From Camelus ferus (Eukaryota), in assembly GCF_009834535.1 (NCBI RefSeq), contig NC_045696.1:77750001-77814000 (forward strand): DNA of 64,000 nucleotides, in the 5' to 3' direction. Under the pieces are notes generated by a model. That model searched no databases. It was given only the letters and a program-made list of their open reading frames with translations, and was not told the origin of the DNA. Positions within the stretch are counted from its first letter, which is position 1. Every line of letters begins with the position of its first letter. Below, one piece after another: positions 40,452 to 53,095 of this stretch. The translations under genes and the position numbers were made by a program.

Positions 40452-40972
40452 TTACTCTAAATGAAAGCAGGTCTGATTTGAAAATAATCATACCACTTAC
40501 TGTGATCTGAGCTTTTCCTTTTACTAAAGTCACTTACAAAGATGAAGAATACGCTGGAGAGAATGCTGCAGAACCCCTCTCCTGCTTCCAGCTGGCACAT
40601 TTTGAAGTAGAAAAGGTAAAATCACATTTCTTAGTTTTGCAGTTATCAGTATGAAACAGATTCTATTAGATACCGCAAAGCATCAGTCCAATTTAAGCAC
40701 AGTTACACATAATTATTTGGTTCCTTAAGTCAAGAGCTTTTAATTGACTTTTGAACTGTTACTATCTGTTAACATAACAATGACAGTGACTAAGTTCCCG
40801 GCAAAGAAATGTAATGACAGAATGATCTCTAGTTTAAATTTTCTTCTACTTAGAACAACAAAACAAAGAATCCACGTGTAAACTCTGAGTTATACTTTGC
40901 ACCAAAATGTGTCTATGTGTATTGTATCTGTATTGTACAAATCTTTTATCCCATAAAATTAGCTTAATGTTA

Positions 40973-41149
40973 TACACACTACTACATATAAAATAAACAA
41001 GGACCTACTGCATAGCACAGGGAACTATATTCAATATGTTGTAATTACCTATACTGAAAAAGAATGTGAAAAAATCTATAAATATCTGAATTACTTTCCT
41101 GTACACCTGAAACTAACCCAATTTTGTAAATCAACTATACTTCAATAAA
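40973..41149 (+). mobile_element. 5'-truncated L1 3' end with 18-bp TSD
   Basis: aacaaggacctactgcatagcacagggaactatattcaat…cttcaataaaa; TSD aaaatta(g/c)cttaatgtta at 40955-40972 and 41150-41167. Confidence 0.9.
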
Positions 41150-42664
41150 AAAATTACCTTAATGTTAAAGTTCACACACACACACACACACACTCGTACT
41201 ACTGTGTATCAGTTTAATCAGAACTGATATCAAAGTCATCTAACTTAAAAAGAATTAATAAGAGTTTCAAAACACTTAAGCTACCTGGTTTTCATTCACT
41301 GAGTTACCAGATGATATTGAAACAAATTATGCAAAACCCCCTGCTATATAAAAGCTATAATACTCCTTTATCTCATTATCATCTAAATGTTAAATGCTCC
41401 ATTATAGAGGTAAATTGGGTTTAAAATAGAATATTTCGAGCAGAAGAGCAAAAAATATGAGGTTAAACAGAGTGAAGAACTGAAGCTTCAAATTGTGGTA
41501 TAAAGCTTGAGAGGGCATGGTTTGATCTCTTGATATACTAAGAAAGCCAGACCCTCTGACATGCCCTATGGAGAGTAAATACACTGATCTGGAACAAAAA
41601 TTATGTGAAACAGCTGTTAAGTGACAGAAGAAATGTGCATTGGACCACCAGCTTGTCATAAATATTGCACTCTTAATCAGAAGGCATCTGTCTTTTCATT
41701 TTCTCTTCAGCAATCTCTGCATTGTATTTAATCTGCTCAGAATGCTTCTCCTAACAGGTGCAACAATGTTTACAAATTGAAAACCTTATTTAAATGAAGC
41801 TTACAACTAGAGACGTTTCAATTAACAAGGTGATAGCTTATGAGAAGGAATAATTCTAACATTTGGCAAACCCATAAATTTGTGAAATTTAATTATTAGA
41901 AAATTAGAGTATAGATGCCAAGAATTGCTAAAGATGAGAGGTGTGTCAAACAACTTTATGTAATATATTAGCACCCAGAGAAACTACAGGGAAGGTTACT
42001 GGGGGGAATGTGGACAAAATTCCAGGAATAGATATTATAAAATGCCATGTTCATCAAAAAATAATTTTAGAATAGTGTCCCATATGTCCATAAAAAGTGG
42101 TGTCTGTGGCACTAGTTTCTTTTCCTACAGGTAATTTTTCTCTTATTATCATTATTCACTTGCTGAAACTGAATATAAGAGTTTCATAATCAATTTTGCT
42201 GGATTAAAAAAAAGCTGTCAGATATATTAAGATTTGCATTATAGTCACCTAAATAAATTTTAAATAGGTAATTTCTTCAAACACATGAGTATAATTTAGC
42301 TTAGAATACATACACAATTTTTAAAGTGAAAGGGACTGTAGAATTACCAACTTTAACTTTTTTACTCAAAATGACTGCAAAGATAGTGAACTCAGTTTCT
42401 CCAGCAGCCCAGCAGCTAATATAGTGGACACAAGTCTGGTCAAACATGTGGCCCTTCAGGTTGATCATTCATTTCCTAATTTTTGATTGCAAGGTGTGTT
42501 GAAGACATTTTCTTCTTAATATCGTAATTGTAAATCACAATTCAGTCAAGTTTCCTTGGGGAAAAAGAATCCAGTGCGTCCAGAAATCCCAGTTTTCAAT
42601 AAAGCACAGAACAAACAAAAGGTGTGTGTGGACGGGATCTTGCCCTTGGCATTCCAATTTGCAG

Positions 42665-42935
42665 ACTTTGGTGTAATAGTCAAGAACGTGGGCTTGCTGT
42701 TAAAAGAGGTCTAATGACAAGTTGTCTTGGACAGTCATCAGTTTCATAAGCTTGGATTAAACTATTCGATTTTAAGAGCCATTTCATCCTCAGCCAAAAA
42801 GAGAAAAAAATTGTGAATAGTAGTAGGTGACTCATAGGGATATGGTAAATATTAAATGAGATGAGGTAATTTAAAATATTTGTTAATATGAAAATACTTA
42901 GCAAAGCAAGTACTCAATAAGTGGTAAGTATTATA
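42665..42935 (+). mobile_element. MIR SINE
   Basis: ggtgtaatagtcaagaacgtgggctt…tcataggga…attaaatgagat…gcaagtactcaataagtggtaagtatta. Confidence 0.55.
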
Positions 42936-44242
42936 TTATATATTATATGCATAATATATATAAAAATATATTTTAAGTTTAATTGCAAATTCATGAAAAA
43001 AGCTCTAGTTTCCTCACCTGCTTTTCTAGTTGACATAGAATAAATAGCCTTTATATCATGGATAAAGACTCAATGTTTCTAATTCCTCTTAATAACTGTA
43101 TACAAATATCCAGTATAGGTTAACATAGAAAGCAAAGGGTTATTATCAATCTGTGCTTTGGAGAGTTCACCACACAAAATCATCTCATCTCAAGCGTTAA
43201 AGATTTTTTAAGGGACAAATCCATTTAAAAAATTTTCCACACTAAAGCAATGTAAACAAGGTCATTTGTTATAAAGCATAGATGATTTTCTTTTAATTAT
43301 GTTTTTGGGGACAAATACTGTAGAAAATGATTTTGATGATGGGAGTTGGACGTTCTGGTATAACCTGAAAACCTGAGTAGCTTCTTCAGACTAAGCCAGT
43401 TCTCGGGGACAGCCCTGAGCCTGAGGAGTTTCACAGCGACAGCAGCAACTTCTGAGAAACTGACTGGGATCTTCCTCCCAACCTTCTCCCATTAACACTA
43501 CCCACCTTCCAACTGATCCTCATCAAATCCCACCTCCTCAGCCTTAGAACTATGCTTTTCTTAACAATGAACAAGCTCCTCCCTCCCACTAATTTCTTCT
43601 TATCTAAGAAAGTTTAGACATCTCCACTAATAGGTAAATCGGACAAGAATGACTATGATGACAGCTGTGGTTGCTGGAGGTCTGACTACACACCTACTGT
43701 TAGCTAAGCCTTTACATGCATAGTCTCATTTAATCCTTATTTATAGAGTCATAAGTAAACCAAGGTTCCTCATCTGTAAAATAATTCTGAAAGAAGTTAA
43801 ATCATCTGTCTAGTAAGTATGAGCCCAAAGTCAAGTATAGTCCCATTCCTATGTCGTCTCTAAATTCTTGTTTCAAACTCAACCAAAATGAACTAGACAT
43901 GTATTGAATAAAAGCTATCATTCAACATGTTACATGACAGGAGCTGAAAGGGCTCAAATGCGGCAGGGGATGATAAAAAGATGTTACAAGGCATCAAACA
44001 GGAGAATTAAAAATGAGTTCATTTCTTAATATATCAATTTCATCAGTGTATCTATGGGCTTGGTAAGAGAAGATACCTCTACACATGGACCACATTCTTC
44101 AACATCAAGAGCATGTGGAAATCCAATTTTAAAAAACAGATGCATCATAATGACTGTATTTCCATAACCCAAAAATTCATCTCATTATAACAGAAGTCAC
44201 CCAGAGTTTCTCCCTCCATGAATTGTTATTGATCGTTAGCTG

Positions 44243-44340
44243 CTTACAGAGGAAGTAAGGAAGGAGGTGAGGGTAGAGGGCTACAGAGAAACTTACAGAG
44301 GAAGTAAGGAAGGAGGTGAGGGTAGAGGGCTACAGAGAAA
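44243..44340. repeat. Perfect 49-bp purine-rich tandem duplication
   Basis: cttacagaggaagtaaggaaggaggtgagggtagagggctacagagaaa at 44243-44291 and 44292-44340. Confidence 0.95.
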
Positions 44341-45193
44341 CACAGAGGTAACTAGTGCAAAAAACTATCAGAAATGAAGAGACTGCATATGTGACATCGA
44401 GCCTATAAAAACAAAATTGCAACACAACTTTTCAGGAACATCTATAATTCAAAAACAAAGCAGCCTTTACTCTCTTTTCCAGCCACAATATGGTTAAAGT
44501 AATGATTACCTTAAGCAGGCCAACCCCAGAAGCTTTTAAATAGCTCCCAATAATGCATGCACAATTTGTAAAAGAAGGTAAAATATTGCAAAAAGTTCGG
44601 ATCTACAGAGAAACAGTTCCTGTGACATAATTCTGAGAAAGAACAAAAGGCTTAAAGTCCAACAGAAGGATGAACACACTTAATTAAGGTGACTCAGGCT
44701 TATCTGATACTCTTTGGGAAAAAGCCTCGTATCCTCACAAAAAAGTAGCACCTTTTCAGGCAAGGGAACTACTGACAAACTTTCGGTAGCTAACCCACAA
44801 GACTCACATTAATACACCACATGGGAAATGCTTTTTCCCTTGGGCAAGGAGACGAGGATCTATTGCACCTGTCATCTGTTTCTGTGAATACTGAAGATTA
44901 CAATTATGTTTTGATGTTAATCCAACAACTGTAAATTTCTTGTTGCGAAGCATGCTGCAAAAATGTGAGTGACAGTATAAATCTTTTTAAATTGATTTCA
45001 CGACTACTGAAAAGAGCTGATGTTTTCATTCAAATATCCTTACAAAGCCTCTGAACAAGAGTTAACTTTCTAAATGTAGCAGCTTCTTACAGTGTGACCT
45101 ACTTGGTAAAAAAGACGAATAGCCAGGATAAAATAAAATTCTGTGTGTCTGCTATTTAGTGTGTGAGTGTCTTGTATTTTTAAAAACAATTAC

Positions 45194-45340
45194 CTCTAAT
45201 GCTTTGATGTCTTCATAAGCAAACCTCACAGTGGGAACTCCAAGATGGTTGATGAAATAATTGGCGTCATCTTGCATCTGTACAGAGCTTATGTTGGTCT
45301 CTGGACACTGACCTCTTCTGGAACAGTTGAAATTATTTTT
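45194..45340 (-). CDS. NAALADL2: Internal coding exon (147 bp, phase 0/0) of NAALADL2; encodes KNNFNCSRRGQCPETNISSVQMQDDANYFINHLGVPTVRFAYEDIKALE (probably exon 10 in human numbering)
   Basis: Minus strand reads ttatatttttcag|AAA AAT AAT TTC ... TTA GAG|gtaatt, 49 codons. It matches recalled human KNNFNCTRRAQCPETNISSIQIQGDADYFINHLGVPIVQFAYEDIKTLE and lies within ORF 45152..45373. Confidence 0.96.
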
Positions 45341-45368
45341 CTGAAAAATATAATTTAAATTGTCAGCA
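45341..45368 (-). promoter_or_regulatory. Branch point (tgCTGAC, A at 45363) and T-rich tract of the 3' splice site
   Basis: Minus strand tgctgacaatttaaattatatttttcag; a YTNAY match with the A 23 nt upstream of the exon. Confidence 0.6.
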
Positions 45369-45398
45369 CACACACTGCTTCTCAGGTTATCCCTAAAT

Positions 45399-45585
45399 CA
45401 ATGCTACTCAAAATGTGGTCCACAAATCAACAGCATCGATGACACCCATGAACATATTTGAAATACAAATGCTTAGGCTCCAGTCGTGTCCTCCCAAATG
45501 GGAACCCTTGAGGATGGAGCCCAGGAATCTGTGCAGTAGCATTCCTCTACGATGGTGATTCTCTTTGAAGTGGGACTAGCACTGC
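45399..45585. mobile_element. MER5A-like hAT MITE just upstream of the exon acceptor
   Basis: caatgctactcaaaatgtggtcc…cagcatc…gaaatacaaat…ggagcccaggaatctgtg…ggtgattct…agcactg. Confidence 0.65.
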
Positions 45586-45635
45586 CCTATATTAAGATTT
45601 GCTTCCTGATGTTGCTTCAAAAGCATTTTTATCAT

Positions 45636-46089
45636 TGTGAAATAAAAATTCATATTTTATGACAAGACAAGAAAAATTTAAACAAAAGTTTCTTCTGCCT
45701 TTGCTCTCCTCCCCCTCAACTGTGCAGTGTATCTGCGTTATTCATTGACCAAACCTCCCCCATCGGCAGAAATACCCGCTCAACCGTAAAGAGCAGCATT
45801 CTCCTGGCATCAACAGGACAACTCCTTAAAAGAGAACATTCCTTCTTGATCTTGTAAGGGGTCGCATGACCCACCAGGATGAAGGTTAGATCTGCATTAT
45901 GTAAACTGTCAATAATACATTATTTGAGGTACAGCTCTGTCTCAGAAGACTTATAAAACTGTGCCTTGATTTCTAACCACTGACACAGTTCTCAGAGCTT
46001 CTGAGATGCTCTTCCAGGTTATAATCCTCAAATTTAGCTCAAATAAAATTTCCCATTTCTTTCTTAGAGTGACTAATTTTTCACTGACA
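45636..46089 (+). mobile_element. ERV solo LTR related in R/U5 to the LTR at 16144
   Basis: TG…CA ends, perfect 5-bp TSD atcat (45631-45635 / 46090-46094), TATA-like ttataaaa and AATAAA (ctcaaataaaattt). Confidence 0.85.
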
Positions 46090-48417
46090 ATCATAGATTT
46101 ATTATAAACTATAATGACTAATTTGAAATATTATAAAAGACTGTTAAATTCTTTAAAAGATTTAGTTTTTTTTTTTAAGTTTTCCCATAATTTAAAGAAC
46201 ATCTTGGTAGGATCTAATTCTATTCTTAAAATGTTTTTTTGAAAACCACTGAAAAAATGTTGTCCATTTCTTCTACAAAGCATATTCCCTTATGTCTTAA
46301 GAGTATATGCCAAATACCCTGGGCCAGAGAGAACCACAAAGCCAAGTGCAACCTCTGGGAAAATACAATATGATAGACTATTATTCCTCAAACTAAGAGT
46401 TCTCTAGCATGCAAAACAAATGACAGTAGCTTTACAAAGATAAAACAAAACACAACTAAAAAATCAAAAAGCAGTAAACTAGAGATTTCTATAATTAATA
46501 CTGATTAAAAATGTCTTCTTCAATAAAATTTCCAAAAAGCTAGACTCTTTCTGAGATGCTGTGGTCTTAAGTGTGAAATGTGGAAGAAGGCCAGTCCCCT
46601 CAGCAGTAATCGGGGGGGAGTGAGACAACAGGCACCAACTATGTGCTCAATCCATGTCTGCCACTGAATCAAAATATCGACCCTTCAAGCCTGCCCCATG
46701 CTGCTTTGTCATGATAAAACTTCAGAAACACTTCTAAACGCAAAGTATCAGAAGATTTGGAAAGACACATTTTAATACTTACAAAGTGAATGATTCTAGC
46801 TTCTTTCAACTATAATGCTAGATCTTACAAACATACAATAATATTTCAATACTTATCCAATATTTTGAACTCGTAATAGAAAGAAATTTGCCACAAACTT
46901 AAAATCAATTAAGATGGAAAGTCTGTGAGTGTTTGTAAACTAGAGAAGGTTTCAAGCTTAATGCCATTTACAAATATCTTGGGTAATTCAGTACTTCGGA
47001 AAAAGAAAGGAAAAAGAGTGTTCTACCATACAATCTAACCAGTAGCAACCTAAACCTTTTTACGGTGACCCCTTCACCCCCCAATTTTCTTCTTTTGAAA
47101 GCCTAATTTTCTGAAAAGAGTTAATATTCTTTCACTCCCTCATATACTCCTGGGGCAAAGACTCTAAAGACTCCTGGAGGTTTTATATCAGCTGGGATAG
47201 TTTAGGGTGGGTCTTGATTCTTCCCAAAGACAAGCTACCCCTAAGTACTAGATCACGAAAAGCAAAGAAACTACTTGATATCGTGAGAAAAGTCCCAAGT
47301 ATTTCTGAGAGAGCCAGGTAATGAAGATACTTGTTTAACTGGAGTAGACTTTTCTCCTAATTGCATTTGAATGCCCTGGGAAGGTAAGATGTCCCCCAGC
47401 GTCCCATCACTCTGTCTCACACTCAGCTCGCCTCACTCAATCACATGTACTGAATGGTGGCAGGAAGCATTTAAATTTGTGAAACTGAGGTTTTTGCACT
47501 CTTATAATTAATGAGGTTTTGATGGAATCTAGTCTCTTCTCAGATGCTCAGCCAATAAAATTAAAAATTATTTTAAAGTGGTCTACTTTTCCTTTACTGC
47601 AGGAACATCTATTTATTTTAGCGACTGCATATGTATCCTAGTCAACATCAATGAATATATAGCTTTGGTTTAATTTTATTTTGTATACATAATTTTTATA
47701 TCCATTCTAAATATCAGCCATGCTCCTTAGAAATTTTTTCTCGACAGAAGAATGGCATGGATCAAAAACTGACGTTCTAAATTTTTCAACATGTTGTCTG
47801 TAAAAAAAATTTTAATGAAGTTTTTAAAAATAATTGTGGCTTTAAATTTTGATGCCACTTTTACTCAGTCACCATTGTTACATGATTGCTTCCCTCTGAC
47901 AAAAAGTATTTATTTCCCATACATGCAAGTTCCTAAGATGGCAGAAATGTCTCACTCCAACCAATCCTCACATTCTGTTTGTTATAATAGTTACAGAAAG
48001 CAAGATTCTTGTTCGACCTCAGTCTTTCACTGGCCCCAGGCATTCTTTCCCAAGCCAGCAGAGATTCTCTTCCAGTCTCCCTGTTCTTGCCGTGGCTAAT
48101 TCCACTGCACTTTAATATTTTCTGTGCATTACATTTCTGTGATTTCTTCCAGCTGCATCATTACTTTTATGTTTTGCATCTTTCAGGCAAATCAAAAGGG
48201 TAATTAATATTCAGCCTTCAGAATCACATGCCCTAAAACTCTTCTGCATTCTTCCCTCTGCTCTGGTTTGCTTTACTTCACCTGACTAATGGGAAGGTCT
48301 GTATTGCCACCTCCATCATATACAAACTCCTTTGTAAACTAAGATCACGACCAGGTGAGCACTACCTAGAATTGTTTAAAATTACACAGTGAAAGGTAAG
48401 ATCTATTACACCACATC

Positions 48418-48837
48418 TGTGGTGCTAACCGGGACTATTTATAGAGGGAGGACAGAATACAGAACGGTAGGGTCACGTGGCCTGAGTTAGAGCTGGGCCC
48501 CGTAGCTGGGAGCACTTGGCTATTGAACCTCACGTCAGAGTTAAGCCCAAATCAAGGGTAAAACCTTCAAGAAAGCCAATCCAAGATTGGAGGGCCAGGG
48601 GGGACACAGAGTTCCCTGAGGAGCCTTCCTGGGGCCTGTTCCTGGCCTACTGGGTTTCCCTATAACTCTTGGGGAGGACCTATCTAGCCAGCCCACAGCA
48701 CATCTCCTCTCGGTCTCTCTCTCTCTCTGTCTTCTCTTCCTTCCTCTGTCCGTCTCTCTCTCTTCGTTTCTCTGGCCACCTCATTTTCTACCACCTACTC
48801 TCCTGTGACTTAACCAGCGGTCAGGGGTGGAACCACA
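48418..48837 (+). mobile_element. LTR-like element of unassigned family
   Basis: GC-richer block bounded by inverted TGTGGT…ACCACA, with CCAAT (48576) and TATAA (48661) followed by a CT-rich tract. No clean TSD. Confidence 0.45.
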
Positions 48838-49847
48838 GTACCCTCAAGCCTGTGTTTATTTTGTTCTTTTTTTCCTAACTAGTTTCTGAGTAAAATTTAA
48901 AAAATAACCCAATTTTTATATTGGATTTCTCTTTCCCAAGTCATTTCACCTTGGGACTTTCCTTAAGAGGAGAACATTCCTGGCACAGGAACTCTATTCT
49001 CTAAATCTTTTCATTATTCATTACTTTAAAATCTAGGCCAAATTTGCAGACCTTAAGTGATCCTAAATCTGCATTCTGATTTCATGTAATTGTTTCCCAC
49101 ACAGCACTTCATTGGACGGTAATAGCTCCACCCCAGGTAACAGATGCTGGTCTACTCAGCCTCTGTTAAGCATGAATATCTGAGAGGGAAGTGGAAAGAG
49201 AAGTTATTTCCTTCATTTCTCTAGAAGATAGCCATCATGGGAAAGAGAAGGTTGGTAACAAATTTGTGCAGGTCAATCACTTTTTAAAATGTATTTACAA
49301 GGCTGAGTAAATTCAAACAGAGTATTTCATCCAAGGAGTTCAAATTTTTCTAGTAACACTAAGTGTGGAACATTTTTGTTCCAGCTTCTCAATTAAACAA
49401 GTTCAGGCAAAGACCACAGTTATGTCACTTGTTTAATTTCCTACTCCTCATCTGTTGAAGACCTGAGATGAAATTAGCATCTCAGTCTTCAAGCTGCAGA
49501 GTATACTTGTAAGCTAAAAGGCAAAACCTCACAGCAAATTATTATGTAAGTGAAATATAAAGAGATTAAGTCAGCATTTGCATTAATTGAATAGCAATAC
49601 CAAGACGCAATGACAGGTTTCTAAAGTATTTAAAAATCTGTTTAACAATTAATTTTATTTATCCTACACTCTGCTTTTGCCTGCATACATAATCATTCTA
49701 CATACATGAGAAATCTAAGGTGGTTACTTACTCTAACAGCAAGAAAAGTATACCATTCAAAATGAAAGTACCATATTCTACATATTATAATAAAATTAAG
49801 TCACTGTCTTTTCATTCCACTGTTATTTTGTAACTTCAGTTACAGGA

Positions 49848-49940
49848 CATATGTATGTATATGCATGACTGAGACATTATCCTGTACACTAGAAATTGAT
49901 ACACTGTAACTGACTACACTTCAGTCAAACAAACAAGAAA
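49848..49940 (+). mobile_element. Very short camelid-type L1 3' tip
   Basis: atatgtatgtatatgcatgactgagacattatcctgtacactagaaattgatacactgtaactgactacacttca, homologous to 53440-53520. Confidence 0.75.
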
Positions 49941-49961
49941 ATGATTTTTCATTGTGGGCAC

Positions 49962-50341
49962 TGAGGTGGCTAATGTTATGTGTCATCTTGACTAAGCCAT
50001 GAGGTGCCCAGATACTTCATTATTATGGGTATGTCTGGGGGGGTGTTCTTGGATGAGATTTTCATTTGAATTGGTAAACTGATTAAAGCAGATTGCCTGC
50101 CCTAATATGGGTGGGACTAAATTTAAGATCTGAATAGAACAAAAGGCAGACCTTCCCACCAGTAAGGGAGAACTCCTCCTCCCTAACTGTCTTGAGCTAG
50201 GGTGTGGTCTTTTCCTTTCCTTGTACTCAGCTGAAACACCAGTTCTTGGGTCTCCAGCCTGCTGGCATTTGCACTGGCATTTACACCAGCACCTCTGGCC
50301 AGCTGCAGATGTCGAGACTGTAGAGAATTTAGACTAATACA
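49962..50341 (+). mobile_element. ERVL solo LTR (MLT2D-like, internally deleted)
   Basis: tgaggtggctaatgttatgtgtcatcttgactaagcca…ggtgcccagata…ggatgagatt…taaagcagattgcc…gactaataca. Confidence 0.8.
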
Positions 50342-50629
50342 GTCTTAGATGAGAGAGCACCTTTTTGTACAAGAAATTTTCATCAGAAATAGTAAAAATT
50401 AAACTTGAATGGTGGTGCAAAGAGCTTCTGTGTCACTGTTTGATCAATTGGAGGTATAGTTTCACAAAATTTTGTTACATTTTAACTTCAAAATTTGTAA
50501 ACCTGATCCCAGGCAATGCCAACATGTAAAGAGGTGAGGAATCACAGAGAAATGACTCCATTTTGAAACCAGAAAGAAACGAAAACTTCTAAAGTCCAAA
50601 GGTAATTGTGCTGAGCTTCACTGAAAGAA

Positions 50630-51070
50630 TTTAAGAGATCCATGAACCTAGTGGACCACCCCCCAAAAATTTGCATTTTTATTTTCACTCAATTCTAACT
50701 GAAACTTAACAATTTATTCAAATGTGGAGAGGTCATAAGCCCAATAGAATTAGCAGTATCTGTGGCTTTGTGACCAAATGACATCAGGCATTTTCCTAAC
50801 ACATTTCAGTAGTTGTGATAAATTCAACACCATTTGAAAAGATGAAAGTTTTGAGATACTTTGCTGAAATTCAATATGTAATGTGTTTAATTTTAAAAAG
50901 CTTACACATTACTAATATGCAAATGTGTGTGTTTTAATATTTAGTTAACTGCAGTTTGATGTAATTGGTTTCTTTTATAATCCTGTGTATTTTAATTTAA
51001 GCATTTTAAAACATTACTTCTGAGAATGGGTCTATAGAGGATTTACCAGCCTGCCAAAGTGGTCCACAGC
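50630..51070. mobile_element. hAT-Charlie relic (MER113-like)
   Basis: aaaacattacttctgagaatgggtctataga…accagcctgccaaagtggtcca resembles the recalled consensus end. Confidence 0.45.
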
Positions 51071-52329
51071 GGGCATCTCTCCTAGCAAAACAATTTTGTT
51101 TTACAAACTGGAAAATGGAGGGCCCAAATCAACAGAACTAGGATTTGATTCCAGGTCTTTCCACTCCAAGTGCAATGTTTTTTCCTCTCCACCATGCTTA
51201 TATATCCAGTACAGAAACTACATTAATGCAAGTGAACATCCTAATTTTAAACTTGTTATTTCTGAGATTCTGGGTTTTGGTTGTTGTTTTAAGTCAGATT
51301 ACTGGATATAGTTGTAACAAACTGTATCTGTGGCACCTCTTCAATGCTTAGTTACTGTGTGTGTATCATATGTTCTTCATTTATTTAGCTTGTATTTTTA
51401 TGCCAAATATGCCAAGTTGCTATCGAATACCTAATTCTCAACAATGAATTGTAGATCTCTTCTTAATCTTTGAGATGAAATAGGAAGTTATGTTTCCTGA
51501 CTTTCTATAATATTTTAAACTAGAAACTTACGTGATTCTCAACATCAGCACCTGATATTGAGTTCCTTACACATAAAATATACTTTCAAAATGGTAAACA
51601 TTTTAAAAAAATCAATAAAATCTTGCAACGCCTTTTTAAAAGATTAAATTGAGTAGGGAGGGAAATACAGCTTTTATCTTACTTTATTTTATTTCAACCC
51701 ATAAAACGGAACTTTCAAAATCTCCAGTATCTCCAGGTTTCTCCAAAGGTATAATGACCTACCTATAGGGTGTTAAAGTATTTTCAGCTTTAAATGGTGA
51801 AGAATGACTATTCCTCTGGTATATACAAGTAGTTTTACCAAACTGAAAACCACACTCTGATTCTTATCATCATTCTGTTAATTTTTTAAAATTTAATCTT
51901 GTTTTTCTTTGTGGAGAAATATAACTTTAAATTTGAAAAACTTCAAATTATAGTTAAAATATATTTATGAACTAATGGCTGCTCTAAAGGTCACTCTGCA
52001 AAGGTGAAAATGGAGGAGAATAAAGACATTTACCCTTATTTTAACTGTAATTTCTAACTTACATCCTCCCTAACCCCTAACTCTACTTTTCTCCTTCCAC
52101 TTCCCTGACCAACTTCAGATCCCTGACCAAGAGGTACATGACGGCAGAAGACCTATTTTTTTATTTCTCTCCACTTAAAGTTTTTTGTAAAAATAGAAAC
52201 AGGTGGATTATTGTAAAACTTTAAAAATATTCACAATTCAACCACTCTGTTGGGTTTAAATAAAAATCTCAACTAATGTAATAAAATAGTATCTACTCAA
52301 TGGTATCTTATACCATAATTCATTCCAGA

Positions 52330-53095
52330 TGAAGCTGTCTTTTAAATGTAAAAATCTAAATCGTAAAAGTACAGTGGAGACAATGAAAGATAATTTTAAT
52401 AATCTTAGAGTGGGAAAGACGTTTTTGACTGTGACAACAAACTCAGAAGACAAAAAAGATTGATTAGTCCAACTACATAAAATCATAACTTTTCTTCATT
52501 ACAAAATTAACATAAAGAAAAATAAATGAAAATCTAGGAGAAAATTAGTTAAATTCATTCCACAGACAAATGGTTAGTTTCTGTGTAATATAATGGACAA
52601 AGACTGACACGTTGATAAAAAGGAGTCAATGAATATGAGCCTGTCATTTCACAGAAAAAAATTATAAATGCCTTTTTACTGTATTAAAAAAATGCAGTCT
52701 TTAAAAAGAACAATGAAGGTATTTATGTAATTGGAGAAGAACAAATTCTGAGATACATTTTTACATCAAAAATCTACAGGAAGATTCTCTAAGATATTGT
52801 AATTTGTGTTAAAAAGTAAGTAAAATAAGAAAAGCATACACATATGCTCTAATATAGCTATTCCTGTGTATCTGTGGATGCATTATGCTATTTTATATTA
52901 GGGACTTGAGCATCCTCACTCAGTCTTTGGTATGGGGCAGAGGTGAGGGAGTTGTCCTGGAACATATTCCTGAAGATACTGAGGGACTATATATGCAAAT
53001 GGAATTTGTCTCCCAGAAGAGGTACTACTGGGAGGAACAAGCTTAGGAGAAAGACTTTAATTGTCTGTTTATTACTTTTGAATTTTCAATCTATG
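52330..53095 (+). mobile_element. Old L1ME-like relic with a MER2/Tigger fragment (about 52855-52990) inside
   Basis: taatcttagagtgggaaagacgtttttgactgtgacaacaaactcagaa…; internal ttttatattagggacttgagcatcc…tcctggaac…gatactgaggga. Confidence 0.55.

Larger units (their letters stand above)
197..45193 (-). other. NAALADL2: ~45 kb GT-AG intron of NAALADL2
   Basis: GT donor at 45192-45193 and AG acceptor at 197-198 on the minus strand. The flanking peptides join contiguously (…IKALE|GPSFLS…) as in the recalled protein. Confidence 0.9.

Noticed and set aside
22016..44340. Direct repeats considered as CRISPR-like arrays
   Set aside because: Only two abutting copies each, no spacers, no cas genes, and a mammalian context.
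45152..45373. 73-aa ORF as a standalone gene
   Set aside because: Only the splice-bounded 45194-45340 part resembles NAALADL2; the ends are intronic read-through.
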